From positions 1,153,809 through 1,217,808 of the forward strand of contig CAJINV010000002.1 in assembly GCA_905178155.1 (NCBI GenBank): DNA of 64,000 bases, written 5' to 3'. Positions within the stretch are counted from its first letter, which is position 1; every line of letters starts with the position of its first letter. Below the pieces are notes generated by a model. That model saw only the letters and a program-made list of their open reading frames with translations, was not told the DNA's origin and searched no databases. The stretch comes from Amoebophrya sp. A120. Its lineage: Eukaryota > Protista > Dinoflagellata. Below, one piece after another: positions 24,723 to 38,200 of the stretch. The position numbers and the translations under genes are program-made.

Positions 24723-27700
24723 TCACGTCGTGCTCATCCTGCTGGGCAGCCCCGCGTTGTTCACGGAAGTTCGTAAAAACGTGGCCAAACCCGTCATATT
24801 GCTGCCCTCTTGCCCGTCGTTTTTTCCACTCGCCATCCCTGCGCCGCCGCCCGAAGAAGATGTAGTTCCTACTGGCCCTGCACCGGAAGAACCCCCTCCC
24901 GCAAAGGAACTCGAGGCGTTATTCTGCCCTCCGAGCTGGATCCCGCTATTGGTAAACGCGGAGAAGGAGCTGGTACAACCTGACGATCCACCGCCACCCC
25001 CACCCCCTCCCCTACCGGCGGCTGTGCTTTGCGTCATTATGCATTGCAAAATCCACCGGTGCAGCTGCAGTACAAATCGCATCACAAATTTTTGTCAAGG
25101 TGGAAGAAGGTAGTAACTTGTCATCATGCAGCAGTGGAGTTAGGTAGGAAAGCACATCTGTCAATGTATCATAATCATGGAAATGATCTCATTCATAGTA
25201 GACCTACGATGCTTTTGCAGTGGGATAGTCGTATTTTCGCCACCATTGCTATTGTCCGCATTGTTCAGCTCCTGTTTCGCCGCCAACGCCCTCGCAAGCC
25301 GTTTCAACTGCTCTCTTCGATTGTTCTGGCAGCCGAGGTAGGTTCGGTAGACCGCGTTTGGTGGGGGCTCGATTTTGACACCCGCTTTGTAAATGAGGTC
25401 AAAGCCGCCGACCTGGGAGCAGGGGGAGGGGGGTTTTGTTGCATTTACATAAGCACTAATAAGCACTATACTTCTTGCGTTTCTCTTTCTTTATTGTTCA
25501 CCTCCCGTTGTCTGTCCTGCCTAGTCTTGCATCGCAAAACGTGTTTGTCATGCACAAAAATGCATCTTCGCGAAAAAGCTATCTTCTGTACCTGATCCTC
25601 AATTTGTCCCTTGAAGTAATTTTCCAGTATGGAAGCGTCAGGATCGAAATCGACAAAGTTGAAATAATTTCTCACGCAGAAATTGCAAGGCATGAAGTAC
25701 CTCTTTTGCAGGGATGGCAAGCGAAGCCGATTGTGAGCCTGTTTAGGGTTTGAAATAGAGCTACTAAACTAGCACGTCAAAAGCAGTCTTCTGTGCCCAA
25801 ACAGCATGACAAATTGGATTCCGGCGCTCGGAAAATTTGTCATGCGCCGCTTGATAAGTGGGCTTCCGACTGGTATCGGTTTTATGCATGACAAAGTATT
25901 TCAACTTTGACGATTTCGATCCTGACACAGCCATATCCAGGTCCAAAACGGTGAATGTGTCGTCCAGCAAGCCAAATTTCAATTCGTAATCTTCTCTCGT
26001 GGTAGCCGTCAAACTCGGACTGGAGTTTACTTCCAATAGCCACGGCCGGAGGTCCGATATGCAAGACAAATCCACCATACACGTACGAAAAGCATCACAG
26101 ATTTTGAAAGAAGAGCATGCCACTTATCATGCTGCATAAACTTGGCGGTCCAGCTTTGTCATGCAATACCAGCATGTGCTTGTGTACGTCGTGAGCGGGA
26201 TCTTCACTGTGGGTATCCGACGACACAATCACGTCGAAGCCGTACAGTTCGAAGCAGTGTTTATCGCTGATGATCGCGCCCTGTACCGCGATATGAGAGT
26301 GCACAACTCCCCCTCCCCCTCATCTGTCATGCAAAACCCCAAATCCAAGCGCTTTCCTTTGGCACCGGTTGCATGACAGATTCCGGAAGCCCAAACAGTA
26401 TCTATGTTTGTACTACACTAGAGCTGCATGAATTTGTCATGCGCAGGCTCCACGGGTGCTGGTGTTTGTATTGCTGGTCATGCAATACAAATGAGGGGGA
26501 GTTGTCGTTGTGCACCCTCATATGCGAATAAAGACCGCAGTATCACTTCCTGAATTTCGTGGAACATGTGATTCTATCCTGTGCAAAAGTACCGCACTCG
26601 TAGTAATAAATTGCAATCATGCATTACAAGTCACTTTCTTAAGGAAAATCAGCATTACAAATTTTATTTCTCATGCTGGGGAAATAAATATTAATTTGTA
26701 AATGCATTTATACGAGTGCGATACTTTTGCAGTTCATAGATTCACCTCGTCCCGGGAGTAGGCCGTGTACAAATATGATTTCAAATGCTGCAAATCCCAC
26801 TTTCCTCCCCGCTTCTCGTCGTAGTTATCTTGGTGCTTCTGGATGGCGACGTTTGTCAAGTGGATCGCCAAATCGGCCGATTTTAAGTTGAATCTCCCCC
26901 CGGAAAACCGCGCGAACCCGGAACGATAGAGGTAAACGACGAGCGGAGACCAGGACGTGACCAACACGTACAGGCGGAGATCGAATTTCCTACCACCGAT
27001 TAAAAGCGGGTTTGCAATGTACCGCTGGACGACGTAGGGTTCTATTTCTCTTGGTTGTTCGTCATCTTTGTCTTTCGATTTCTTGTTGTCCTGGTTTTTC
27101 CACCTTGGTTCGGCTGGCCGCCAATCCGAAATCGCTTTCAAGGAATCGAACAGAAAGATGCCCTGATAGTTGTGAATGTGATTTTGGTTTTGCGAATCAA
27201 AATTGGAACAACTTATTTGCAAAAACAGAGACGAAAACGAACCTGTCATGGTGACGAAAAGAAATGTTGAAGTCCTCGTGTCTACTGTCATGCATGATAT
27301 CACTATCACAACTTGAACTTTATACCTTTCCCTGCGCCTTCCCGACTGGTTTCATGATCCAGTGTTTTCCTATTTTCTCCTTCGCGGATTTTTTGAACTC
27401 CTCAACAAACACGCTGTACTCCGTGGGTAAAGAAAAAGTCGTCGGGGTAATGTTCGCGTACAGCTCCGCCTCCTTACTGTTCGACCCGAACTGTTTTTCC
27501 GCGGCTTTTTTCGCCCGTTTCAAGTGCTTGATCAGCAAGTCTTTCCGTGTTAATTCGAAGTGGTTCCGGAAGTGGTTGACGCGTTGAAACGGCTGTAAAT
27601 GGACATAGTCCAAATTATCGTGGATCCACTCCCGGTCACACCAGTGGATGTCCCACTCCAGTTCCGCGTCGGTTTCCTTGTAGCCCCGTGACCTCAAGAC

Positions 27701-27916
27701 GTCTAAAACCGTGTTGTGAAAGGAAGTTTTGAACCGGATTTCCCGCGTTGGAATCTGGATCTGGTCATTCGCCTTGTCGGCGTCGTTTTGGTTGTTCGCC
27801 ATGCGCGATTTGGATTGGTACCCGCCGATGTTGGTAATATTCCGGTCTCTATCCGCACCGCCGTACCCCATCGCGGTGTTGCCGCGGATTAGGTATTGAC
27901 GAAGAAATTCGGACAT
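24723..27916 (-). CDS. TTLL9: Tubulin polyglutamylase, TTL-like family (TTLL9-like), ~591 aa, 8 exons
   Basis: Motifs WIMKPVGKAQGKGIFL, VVQRYIANPLLIGGRKFDLRLYVLV, HLTNVAIQK, DKHCFELYGFDV, LRPWLLEVNSSPSL, EDYELK and VGGFDL reassemble in frame (1776 nt) after removing 5 TA-bounded elements and GT-AG introns 27163-27325 and 25413-25591. Confidence 0.92.
25038..25227. mobile_element. TIR introner, family B (degenerate)
   Basis: TATGCATTGCAAAA...CTTTTGCAGTGGGATA; flanks gtcat/gtcgt. Confidence 0.82.
25628..25935. mobile_element. TIR introner, family D
   Basis: Long near-perfect TIR; TSD tccag. Confidence 0.93.
26058..26215. mobile_element. TA-bounded intron element with decayed TIR
   Basis: TA ends and TSD tccga; interrupts the conserved FDVIVSSD-LRPWLLEVN segment. 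Confidence 0.85.
26292..26522. mobile_element. TIR introner, family E
   Basis: TATGAGAGTGCACAAC...GTTGTGCACCCTCATA; flanks cgcga/tgcga. Confidence 0.92.
26575..26738. mobile_element. TIR introner, family B
   Basis: TGCAAAAGTA.CGCACTCGTA TIR; TSD gattc. Confidence 0.93.
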
Positions 27917-28773
27917 GGTGTTTGTTTGTTTGGTGCTCTTCTTTCGCAAGTAGAGAAGAAAGGATACGCTCACGCAAAGAGTCTGCAGATGTAGGGGCCG
28001 TGTGGAGGTCCTCTGCGGCACCGCAAGAAGGGGCCACCACAAGAGCAACTGCTTCCAACTCTGACGAGCTCGTGGTGGAGAAACAAAAAGTTAATTGTTC
28101 AGTGCCGAAAATTAAACGCAGAAACCACACCGATCAACAAAATAAAAAGAAAATGCAGTGATGAAGCGAATAATAGTCTCTCCAAGAACAGGCTGGTGGC
28201 TCTACTTCATCAATTCTCTCTTTTCGCTCTCAAACTTGTCTGTTCCATCAACAAAAACGCATACGATGCTTTCTCTCATCCATGCGACGAGGAGACTTCG
28301 CAGTCGTTTCCTTCGTACTCGTTCTCACGATTATATTCACTTTCGCTTACCACGAAAAAAAAACTTGTCTTTCGCAGCCTACTAGAACGGATAAAGAAAC
28401 TAACAACACCTGTTTAAGCCGCCGTAACGAAGCAAGCTGCAGCAGCGACGCAGTTTTTACTAGTGATTTTCATTTGAAAGATGGGAGATGATTTTTTGGT
28501 TACCAGATGACATGCGCTTTTATTGTGTTTGGAAGTTTTGTTCGTATTGATAACGCGGCGGAACACGTCAACGTTGACAATTACGGTGTGACAAAACTAG
28601 TAACATACACTTAGTACAAGGAATGGGGTGGATCATGAGCACAGCTCAATGGGTAGACGCTGTGGTACAACTAGTGTATTAAATAAGTGACTGTAGAGGC
28701 ACCAGAAGTTCTCACGATAAAAGTAAAACTTGACACCTAAAGCATAAATCGAAGTTTACAGGCTTATGCAGAT

Positions 28774-31700
28774 CTATTCTTCTTCAATCGGCACGAAATT
28801 TGCCGCCCCCGCACCCCCTCCCTGACAGCACGCCGCATCCTCGGCCGATTCAGGTCTTTCGTCGGGCAGCACCACGTATGCATTGCAAAAGTATCGCACT
28901 CGTATAAATGCATTACAAATGTCCTCAGCATGAAAAATTAAACTTGTATTGCGGATTTACCTTGAGAAAAAAATTTGTAATGCATGATTGCAATACGAGT
29001 ACGATACTTTTGCACAGGATACCACCAGGGGGGTCTCACAGGTCTCGTGCTCCTCGTCGTAAACGCACTGTGGTAATTATCCACATTAAATTTCCCGTAC
29101 ACGTACAAATGCAGTCTCTGCATGACAAAACTTGCCTTCAATCCTAGTCTAGCATGACAAGTTGGACACTGCAAGTTAGCGAAATTTGTCATGCATTTTG
29201 TACATGTACAGGAAATTTACATTGCATAGTAATGCTTCACACGCGCCTTTGCTCACCTGTTCCGCGCACTTTTTGCTGCTTGCCGGTGCACTGGAGTCTC
29301 CACCCCCGCCCGAGCTCGACGAGAGAGCGATGGGCTCGCAAGTCTTCAATGGTTCAGCACCGTTATCGTTAACGTTATTAGTGTCCTCGACTGCTTTTTC
29401 TACCATGTGACAAATTTCCTTCCCCTCTGCGTCTGTCACCGCTTTACACTCTTCCTCGGATTCATCTTTCCCCAGACACAGGTTCTCCTTCATCGGCGCG
29501 TTTTTCGCTTGACAGCTAGGCGACCCGGAGAACGAAGCGGACATAACGATTGTGCACTGCTCTTCCCCATCTTATGCAATGCAAAGATGTCTGGGTCTGG
29601 AAGGATGCAGCTTGTCTTTGTCATGCTAATTCTGGATAGTGCAAAAATCTGTGTTGCATGATTGCCAAAAGCTCCTCACTTTTGACCAAGCTGGGAGGGA
29701 GTTTCTCATGCAGACGAGGCATGATAGACGCCGGACAGAATCTGTCATGCTAGGTGATGTATGACAGACCTCACGCGTCATGGAAAACCTGCATGACAAG
29801 TCTTCCAGCCTTCCAGACCCAGACATATTTGCATCTGATACATCTTCCCCTTTCACGGTTTCGCACTCTTCCACTGTCTTCGCTGCACAAACAACCGCCC
29901 AGGAGCCGAGGGGTTGGCAGGGGGTGTTGGGGTTTTGGTTCAGCCCGTGCCATTCGCATTTGAGGAGCCCAGAGTTGTTGGATGTTGAACCACCATCGTC
30001 GCTCGGCACCGTTTCACAGGCGTTTCGATCAAGTTGGTCCGCGCATTCCGGGACGGTTAAAGTCTCTTTTTCTTCACAATTGGAACTTCCCGCGATCCAC
30101 TCGCACTGCCGCTGGTAGTGGACCGTTACTATTTGCTCGCATTGTTCCTGGGTTTTTCCAATTGCGCATCCAGGTGACGGATCTACTTCAAGTGGGTCGA
30201 CGCAAATCCCTGCGCCGCTATCCCAATTGCACTTCGGCCCCCCGTAATTGCTAAATTGGAGGATTTTCGTGCACTGTGTTTCCGTGGTTGCGTCGACGCA
30301 GTTGTAGAGACCGGCTTCGCAAACATCCTCTAACATGGAGCACAGCCGGCTTCCATCCGAAAAATCCTTTACCGATTCACAGAGAGCTTTATTTCCATTT
30401 TCCACCTGGTCACAAGTGGTCGGGACGGAGTAAGCAGGGCCGTCTTCGTAGTTTACCAAGCCACCACCGTCTGGTGAAACAAGTCTCTCCTCGTAGACCG
30501 GGACAAACTCACCGGTTTTATCGTAACACCCACAGTCCTTCCCCATTTCGTTCCCGCTTCCCCAGAAACAGGAACTCAGCGTCGTGACAGTCGAAGCTTC
30601 GCAAATCCCTTTCTGGCAGCTCGGCGACCCGGCGATTTGCGTTGATTTCCGCGACGCGTCGCCGGTGCACCGGTTGGCGAACGGGTGGTCTTGCGCTTGT
30701 TGTTCTAACTTCGCCACCGCGACGGTCGTTGCCCACTCGGAATGGTAGTACCCAACTGTTCCGCAGCGTTCGCGGTTACTCCAGGTAGAACAGGGGTCGT
30801 AGGTCTGAACTTGTCCGGTGGCGCCGCTTTGTTCGCCCACACGACTCAAAACCCGATTCACAATTCTGTACACCTTCCCCGCATCCGCCTCTGACACGCT
30901 TTCCGGCCGCCAGCAGGAGTTAGAGATATTATTATTCTCGCACAGAAAACTCAAGTCTTTTTTCAAGACCACGGCAACCCAGGTACAAGCGACGATGTAC
31001 TGCCCTAAATCCGTCAAATGAATATGGTCGACGAACAGCTCATCATCCGAGAAAGCGAGGTTATTAGCCACCCACTCAGCACTCGGCTTGTGCAAAACGT
31101 TGTAGCGAAATTGGTCGAGGATCTTTTCGTCTAACGGCTGGAATAAAGAGTTCAAATATTTCGTTTGTTTTCTCCCTTTGTGATTCAACCCTTGCAGCCT
31201 GCGCTCGCCCACGTTGAAATCGAAGGTCTCGCCGTTGTCGTACCCGTTTTTATGAAAGGCCTGGAAGTGCTCGGAACTCTCTTGAACTTTTTCGTGCTTG
31301 TTCCACCACCGGCTGTCCATGTCTTCGTCGCAGGTTTCCAAATCATCGGCATTCATCGTGACTCTATCCGCTTTTCTCGCGATGTGAACCGCTAGTCCAG
31401 CTGGCACGAAAGCCCCTGCCCCGTGCATCAAACTGTGGGCGCTGTTCCGAAATAGGCTGTAATTCCAACACGCGTGATTCTGAGTCGCGTACTTTCCGTA
31501 GCCAATGGACGGGTAGACGCGGCATTTTAGCTCGCTGTTTCTCTTGTACTTATTCTGAAGTGGTTGGATGTTTTTGAAGTCAAAGTTGGTGCCCTCCTTT
31601 GGCCAATCCGCCCCTTTTTCGAAATAAGCACTGGATTTAGTTTCTACACCCGGGCAGTTTTTGTAGTAGATCTTCTTGGAATTCGCATCCGGCTCTCTCT

Positions 31701-33692
31701 CGCCGTGTGGCATGTGGGAAACGATCAAAGCCTCCGGAAATTGCGCCTGGTAGAACTCGACACTGGACTGGTAGAAATGCTCAGCTGAGGTCGTAAACCC
31801 GGCATTGTCTGACTGCTCTTGTAAAGAGATAATATCGTACCGGCTTTGGACGTATTCTTTTTCCAAGAAAAGCTCCGTGTCGTACCAATCCGCAGAAGTT
31901 CCCATCCCCTTTTGCGGGCAACCTAGGGAATTGTGCCTGGAATTCCCCGCGTCATCCAGGGTTTCCGGTGCAAATGCGCACTTTGTGCGAAAATCGGTAA
32001 AACCAGCCAAAAACGCGTTGTGGGCCTTCATGTGGATAGTGGTAGAACCAGCCGTGTCCTCGTCGACGTCTAATCTCTCGTTAACCGACTCCGCTAACAA
32101 TTGCACATACCTCGGCAACCCCGCGCGGTTTTTTCCGAGTTCTAATTTCGACGATTGCCCCACGGTGAGGCTGTTCCCGACGAATAACACGCGAATTCTT
32201 TGGGTTTTCTGTCTTGGGATGTTATCGTAGATCCGGTAGAAATCGGGAATTGGCGGAATTCCAGTCGCTGCTTCACTGGTTTTGAGACAGCATCGGGCTT
32301 TGCATTTTTCCCAAGTCGACCCAAGATTGCACTCGTGGTTGGGGAGGAAAATAAAGTTTTGATTGTCACCGCCATCGTTGCATTGAAAAGCCTCGTTCTC
32401 GCCGAACATGAAGCCGCAGGTCGCCCAGGGGTGGCAAACTCCGCCCATTGCATCTAAATTATCGCTTGTGCTGTGCTCGGTTCGTTGCCAATTGCACTCG
32501 GGAACTATTGCTGCTGTATCCAATTGCTTTTTCCGCCACCGAGGGCTCCAGCCGCCACCGATAACGCAACGGTTCTCCTCGTCGGCCGTCACGTTCCGCT
32601 GGAAACTCCAGACGTCGCACCCTTCCCTCTCGTGGCACTTTTCCCGACACCGTATCAATTGTAAAAATGTCTGGGTCCGGATGAAATCATGTTTGTCATG
32701 CTTGTCTGGCATGACTCCTAAATCTGTCATGCACGTTACCCAAGAGCTCCGTTTTTCTGTGATGCAGAAGCGCACTTTGTCGTGCAGAATAAGCAACACC
32801 TAGAAGCTCAGAAACTTGTCATGCTGAGCCAGCACTTGTGGCCTCCTCATGATACGCCACCCAGCATCACAACTTTCCAGACCAAGACATTTTTACAGTT
32901 GATACACCGCCGGTTCGAAGTAATGCTGTACCCTTTTGCGAGATAATCCCGTTTCCAACAGTAGTCGTCTACTTTAGAAGTCTCCCATTCGCTCGCGTCT
33001 GGGACATCCAGATCAAAGCTGACGTAGTCAATCTTGGTCAGAAACGCCTCGGGGCAGTGGTCGGTACTGGTTCGCTTAGCGACCATGGCGGATGCAGCGG
33101 CGTGGGGGGACAATTTCATCGAGGAGGACGATTGGTTCTTATTTTTCTTTCTTGATGTTGTTCTTTTAGAAGTGGCCGCTCCAACTCTTTTGCCTCTTCT
33201 TCCAACCTTGTACAACTTCGTTGCTGCAGTAGAAGTGCCAGCTACTTGTTCCTTTTGCGTCATCTTTTCAGATGAGGACCCAGAAGTCGCTTTACCTGCT
33301 TTTTTACTCCGCATATGATTAATTCCGGCCTTTGTTCCTTTACGTTGTACCTCGCTCTTCTTCGTACCGGCTAAAAAAAGTTCAATTTTCGTTGTCATTT
33401 TCGTTGCTAATGCTACTTTCTTCTTGTTGTGCAACATCATTGTGATGGCACGGCAGGGCCGCGGGGGAGAAACATGATCGCACAGAAGGACCAACGTAAA
33501 AATTGTAGCTCGAGCGGGAGACCGTGAAAACGGACCCGAAGACGTCGACGACGTGTAGTTCCCGGAACTGTTTGGGTTTGCCATGCTGACCAGCACCTGG
33601 TGCCGCGTGCAAGACGGAGGAGAAGGTCCTGCCGACATCTTGATCTTTCTTTCGGTTTTCACGCACTCCTCTACTTTGAACCTACATGCCAT
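28774..33692 (-). CDS. PAN/apple-like + SGNH/GDSL hydrolase (DUF4886-like) + Cys-rich repeats, paralog 1 (~1360 aa)
   Basis: [10 protein letters not shown] (block I Ser), YDIISLQEQS, FVPAGLA, DHIHLTDLGQYIVAC (DxxH). Upstream CREKCHEREGCDVWSF...C is apple-like. Four elements removed give a 4083-nt frame. Start codon uncertain. Confidence 0.8.
28877..29021. mobile_element. TIR introner, family B
   Basis: Family B TIR; flanks ccacg/ccacc. Confidence 0.9.
29078..29228. mobile_element. TIR introner (singleton family)
   Basis: TAT..AAATTTCCCGTACACGTACAAATGCA / TGCATTTTGTACATGTACAGGAAATTT..ATA; TSD gtaat. Confidence 0.9.
29573..29840. mobile_element. TIR introner, family C
   Basis: TAT...ATGCAAA.ATGTCTGGGTCTGGAAGG TIR; TSD catct. 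Confidence 0.93.
32653..32904. mobile_element. TIR introner, family C
   Basis: TATCAA.TGTAAAAATGTCT TIR; TSD caccg. Confidence 0.92.
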
Positions 33693-34556
33693 TTCACAAC
33701 CACTTGGCTACTTCTTCTAGACGTCATCACGAAAGAACGACCACGCGGCCGACGGGGGGGAATCCATTCACAGAAGGAAATGGGCTTGGAGGCTTCTGCA
33801 TTTACTTTCGGGGGTAGGCGTTGTTACTAGCAGGGGAGAAGAGGGAATAAATCTAGTTTGTCAATCTGGATCGATCTGTGACCTACGCATGGAGATCCTG
33901 TGGTGATTGCAAAAATGTTGAGAGAAGGTCAATGGTTATATTGATCTTTTAGAAACTGTAAACCTTAACCTTGGTTGTACTTGTTTTATGTCAACGACAA
34001 CCAGTCGAACGAGACGAAGGAATGGAACGGTACGAAATGGAACGAAGAGGACGATAATCATTATTCTAATTGTGTTTGTGACAACGCGTAATATATAAAC
34101 GTTGCTTTCTTATTGTTGTTTCAGAAACTTCTTGAACAAGCGTCGACGACGAGAAGGAACGAACGAGTGGTGACGTCGATTATCTATGCACCAAGAGACG
34201 CAGGGGCAGGCCAATCCTCGGCCCATTAGAAAAAAAACTTTCGTTATGCTTGTTGGTCATGGTCTTGCTCTTGTCTATGTCTTGACATCATTATCATAGC
34301 TGCAATGAATAATATTTTTGAAGTGGTAGCGCAACGAAACAAGGGTGGGAGGAGGTCTATTTGAGATTGATAAAGATATTTTCTGCTTGAGGGTAGTCGT
34401 AGTACTTACTTGTACGAGTATTTTTAAAATGCCAGAGGCAGAGCCAAGAAGATGTTCTTGCGATAATAAAGCAAACACGGAAGAACAAGTTGTCTAGTGT
34501 CATCTGTAGTGATATGAATCCACCTGGAACTTTACTGGACAACAACGGAACTCGGA

Positions 34557-34895
34557 TCAACTTGCCCCTTCTTCAAGATGCACCTGCATGGTAGCTCTCG
34601 GTACTCTTCGATATTGCTCATCATGCTCGGGCGCTATCGTCCCGCCTCCGCCACCCCCAGACGGCGTCGACGAGGACCGGGTGTTCTCCTCGGGGGGTGG
34701 AGCCTGCGGCGCTTGACTTTCACTTTGGTCACCGTCACCATCTTCCACATCCTCGATGTTTGTTCCTTGTAGTTGCTGAGCCGTAGTAGTATCACCGTTG
34801 CTTGTTTCGGTTTCGTTGGACGGCATGCTGGACGATAGATCGTGCTGCTCTGGTGCAGACGACTCGTCATCATTCGCCAGCAGGGGCACCGCCAT
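34557..34895 (-). CDS. Small acidic low-complexity hypothetical protein (112 aa)
   Basis: ATG-initiated ORF in the local gene orientation; no motif recognised. Confidence 0.35.
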   Translation of the reverse strand: MAVPLLANDDESSAPEQHDLSSSMPSNETETSNGDTTTAQQLQGTNIEDVEDGDGDQSESQAPQAPPPEENTRSSSTPSGGGGGGTIAPEHDEQYRRVPRATMQVHLEEGAS

Positions 34896-35215
34896 GGTAT
34901 CCAGTGGAAAACAAGCTTGTATCGTATTTCATCGCTGCTGCAAGGAGCATGTAATTACGAACAGAGTTTTCGGAGGACAGGTGTGCGAGTGCGACGTGTG
35001 CTGCGACAACATAAAAGTACTAAAAAAGATGGATGTAGTAAAACTAGTTCATAGTCTTGCTCCATTCGTGTGTTTTGTGAAGTTGAAAACTAGACCACTC
35101 TCTCTTCTGCAAAACTTCGGGGGAAATCACTCTGAAGTTTGCGCAGATTTGAATGCATCTTTGACTAGCAGGTAACCCAGGCTCAGGCAGCAACCGAAAA
35201 ATACGATGAAGACAT

Positions 35216-38200
35216 TTACAACAGGTTCATTGCATACACGTCGTCCACAGTACCGTCGTCGCCGCAGCTGCCCTCTCCGCACCCGGTTTCGGCGCTAACG
35301 GTTTTGAACGGCACAGTGAAGGTGTTCATTCCGTTTCCGCCTAGTACAGGTGCGTGAGATCCTGATGTGACATTAGTGCCATTCATCACATCTCCCAAAT
35401 TTCCTCCTGCAGTTACTTCTTCTTTTCCCAGACAAGTATACCGCTTTTCCGCCGCGTCAACTAAAGTGATGACACAGATCTGCTCTCCCGTCTCCACATC
35501 CACAACCCCTTCACAATCCGCACTATTTGTGGCGTCGTGACAAGGGCTTGGGCTTGCAGACGATGAAAGACTTTCTGAAGTTGTAGACACGGTATTAGTA
35601 GTACTAGTTGCGGTTGCCGTAGCGCTCACAGTTGTCGTGGTCGTGGTGGTAGTACTTGTTTCGGGTGACGGACTCGGAGACGGGCTCGGAGACGGGCTCG
35701 GAGACGGGCTTGGAGACGGACTCGGAGACGGACTCGGAGACGGACTCGGAGACGGGCTTGGAGACGGACTCGGAGACGGGCTTGGAGACGGGCTCGGAGA
35801 CGGGCTCGGAGACGGGCTCGGAGACGGGGAAGGGGACGGGCTTGGAGACGGGGAAGGGGAAGGAGACGGCGCAGGAGTAGTGGGCGGGGTGGATCAAATG
35901 CAAAAGTGTCTGGGTCTGGAAGATTTTGACGACTTGTCATGCACGTTTTGCATGAGCCATGATGTCTGTGATGCGTGCCCTAGCATCACAGATTTTCTGA
36001 CGGCTTCTTGATGCCTTCTATTCCGCATGACAAAGACAATTGCCCTCTACTCTGCGTCGCAAAAATTACATTTCCTTTGCTGCTCATGTAAAAGTACAGA
36101 TTTTTTTGGAATCGAAATGCAGCATCACAGGTTGCATTCTTCCAGACCCAGACACATTTGCATTTGATACATCAGCGCCATCATTCCGATCTTCCAAATC
36201 CACACTATGCGTCCATTGCCAATCCGGGTAATTTGAGTACCCCACGGTTCCGCACCTCTCGCGGTTACTCCAAGTGAGACAGGGGTCGTAGTCGGAAAAA
36301 CTGCCACTGGAGGACAGAATCCGCTTCACGATTCTGTACACTTTCTTGGCGTCCGTCCAAGAAACCGGGTTCGCCCCGACAGTAGGACGCCAACAGTCGT
36401 CGGCGTTTTGCCCACAGAGCTGGTCCAAATCCTTCTTCAAGACAACAGAAACCCAGGTGCAAGCCGCTAGATACTGGCCTAATTCCGTCACGTGAATCGA
36501 ATCCGTGTACAACTCGTTCGAATTACTGAATTTGTAATTGTAGTCGCTCCAAACACTGCTAGACTTTTTCAACACATTTTCCCGGAAATGCGCGATGGTG
36601 TCGCTTGTTGGGGGATAAAATTTCGAAGCAGCCATTTCTTCCTGCTCGGCCAGAGTCCGCAGGGAGTTTACGTCTAAGTCAAACGTGTCCCCGTGGTCGT
36701 AACCGTTTTGGTGATAATTTTCCCAATCATCACCGGATAATTTTTCGTGGTCGTTCCAATACCGGTCGTCCATCTTTTCATCACACCCTTCTATCCCACG
36801 AAAAAAATGCTTCACTGTGATCGATGGTTTTGCAAGATCTGCATCACAAGTTTGCTACACATGACACAGAAAATTTGCCATGCGCGTTTCCCAAGGGAAA
36901 ACACGCTTAAAAAGCCATTGTGTTCTTGCAGGTGTAGCAAGACAAGCACTTTGGTGTTTCGTTCTCTGCATCACAGGTTCACAGTGAAACAGTTTTTTCT
37001 TGCGATACCTTCTACACCACTCCCGCTGTCCGACGTCTCTTCCCAACCGCCATTACCGTTTTGCTTGTATTTCAGCATTCCCTTCAGCCCTCTCCCCACG
37101 TGGAACGCGAGTCCGACCGGGACAAAAACCGATTATGGAACTGTCAGGATTGAAATTAACAAAGTTGAAATAATTTGTGATGCATAAAATCTATACCAGT
37201 TGGACCCACAGTTTCCAATCGGCGCATGACAAATTTTCCTGGCCTCTGAAGCAAGTCTGTCATGCTGTTTAGGGAGAAATGCCTACTCCCTGTCATGCTA
37301 GTCAGCAGCCCAATTCTTGACCCTTACCAGCACTAGAATCTGCCTCCCTTGCGCCTTCAGCAATAGAGTCAGTCTTTGTGTCGCATTTTATGCATGGCAA
37401 ATCATTTCAACTTTGTCGATTTCAACTCTGACACCTCCATACCGATCCCCCGTGGGTTAGAGCATGTGCGGCGCCCCGGAAGAGGGAATAGTGCCAACAG
37501 GCATGAGAGGCAACCGCGTATTTCCCGTACCCCGCGGTCGGGAAGGCCCGACAGGGTTTATCCTCGTCATTGCCGGCCCGGTACGGGTTGTTTTGAACAT
37601 CCCCCCCGAAGGGGGTGCTGGTGTTCTCGCAATAGGAATTGTAGTGATCAAAATCCGCATCGTCTGTGGCCGCGCAGGCCAGATACCTTCCTTGGTCTGT
37701 ATCGCCCGCGCACGGTTTGAATTCCTGGTCGCTCGTCATGTCCGCCATGGTTCTCTTAGTCTGCACCATGTGGGCAACCAACAAAGCGTCCGGGAACTGC
37801 CGCTTGTAAAACTCGATGGAAGATTGGTAGAAGTGTTCCTGCATGGAGGCCAGCCCAAGCATGGAAGATTGGTCTTGGAACGAGACAACGTCGTACCTTT
37901 TCTTCACGTAATCTTCCCTGGGGAATTGTTGTTCGGTTTTCTGCGGGCCTAGAACGACATCATCTTTGTCCACCGGCATTTGCGCGTCGGTTCCCAAGCC
38001 CTTCTGGGGACAGGCGAGTGCCGTGCCATGGTTGTGATCGCTTTCATCGAGCGATGATGGGCCAAATTTGCAGCTGTGAACAACATCGAGCAAACTCTCC
38101 GTCTTCGAGTTGCTCCTTCCGCTAGCCCTTTTCGCGTCGATGCCCTTGCCCCGCAAATAGCTGTTGTGCGCGGACATGTGGACACTGTTTCCACCCGCCG

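Noticed and set aside
29626-29840. Recurring peptides such as [25 protein letters not shown] and LQKYRT in many ORFs, suggesting a shared domain
   Set aside because: They are read-through translations of the element TIRs.
35604-36011. (GDGL)n, (SEPV)n, (RLRA)n and (ETGS)n ORFs
   Set aside because: Alternative frames of the 12-bp repeat; only the (SP)n frame joins the flanking exons.
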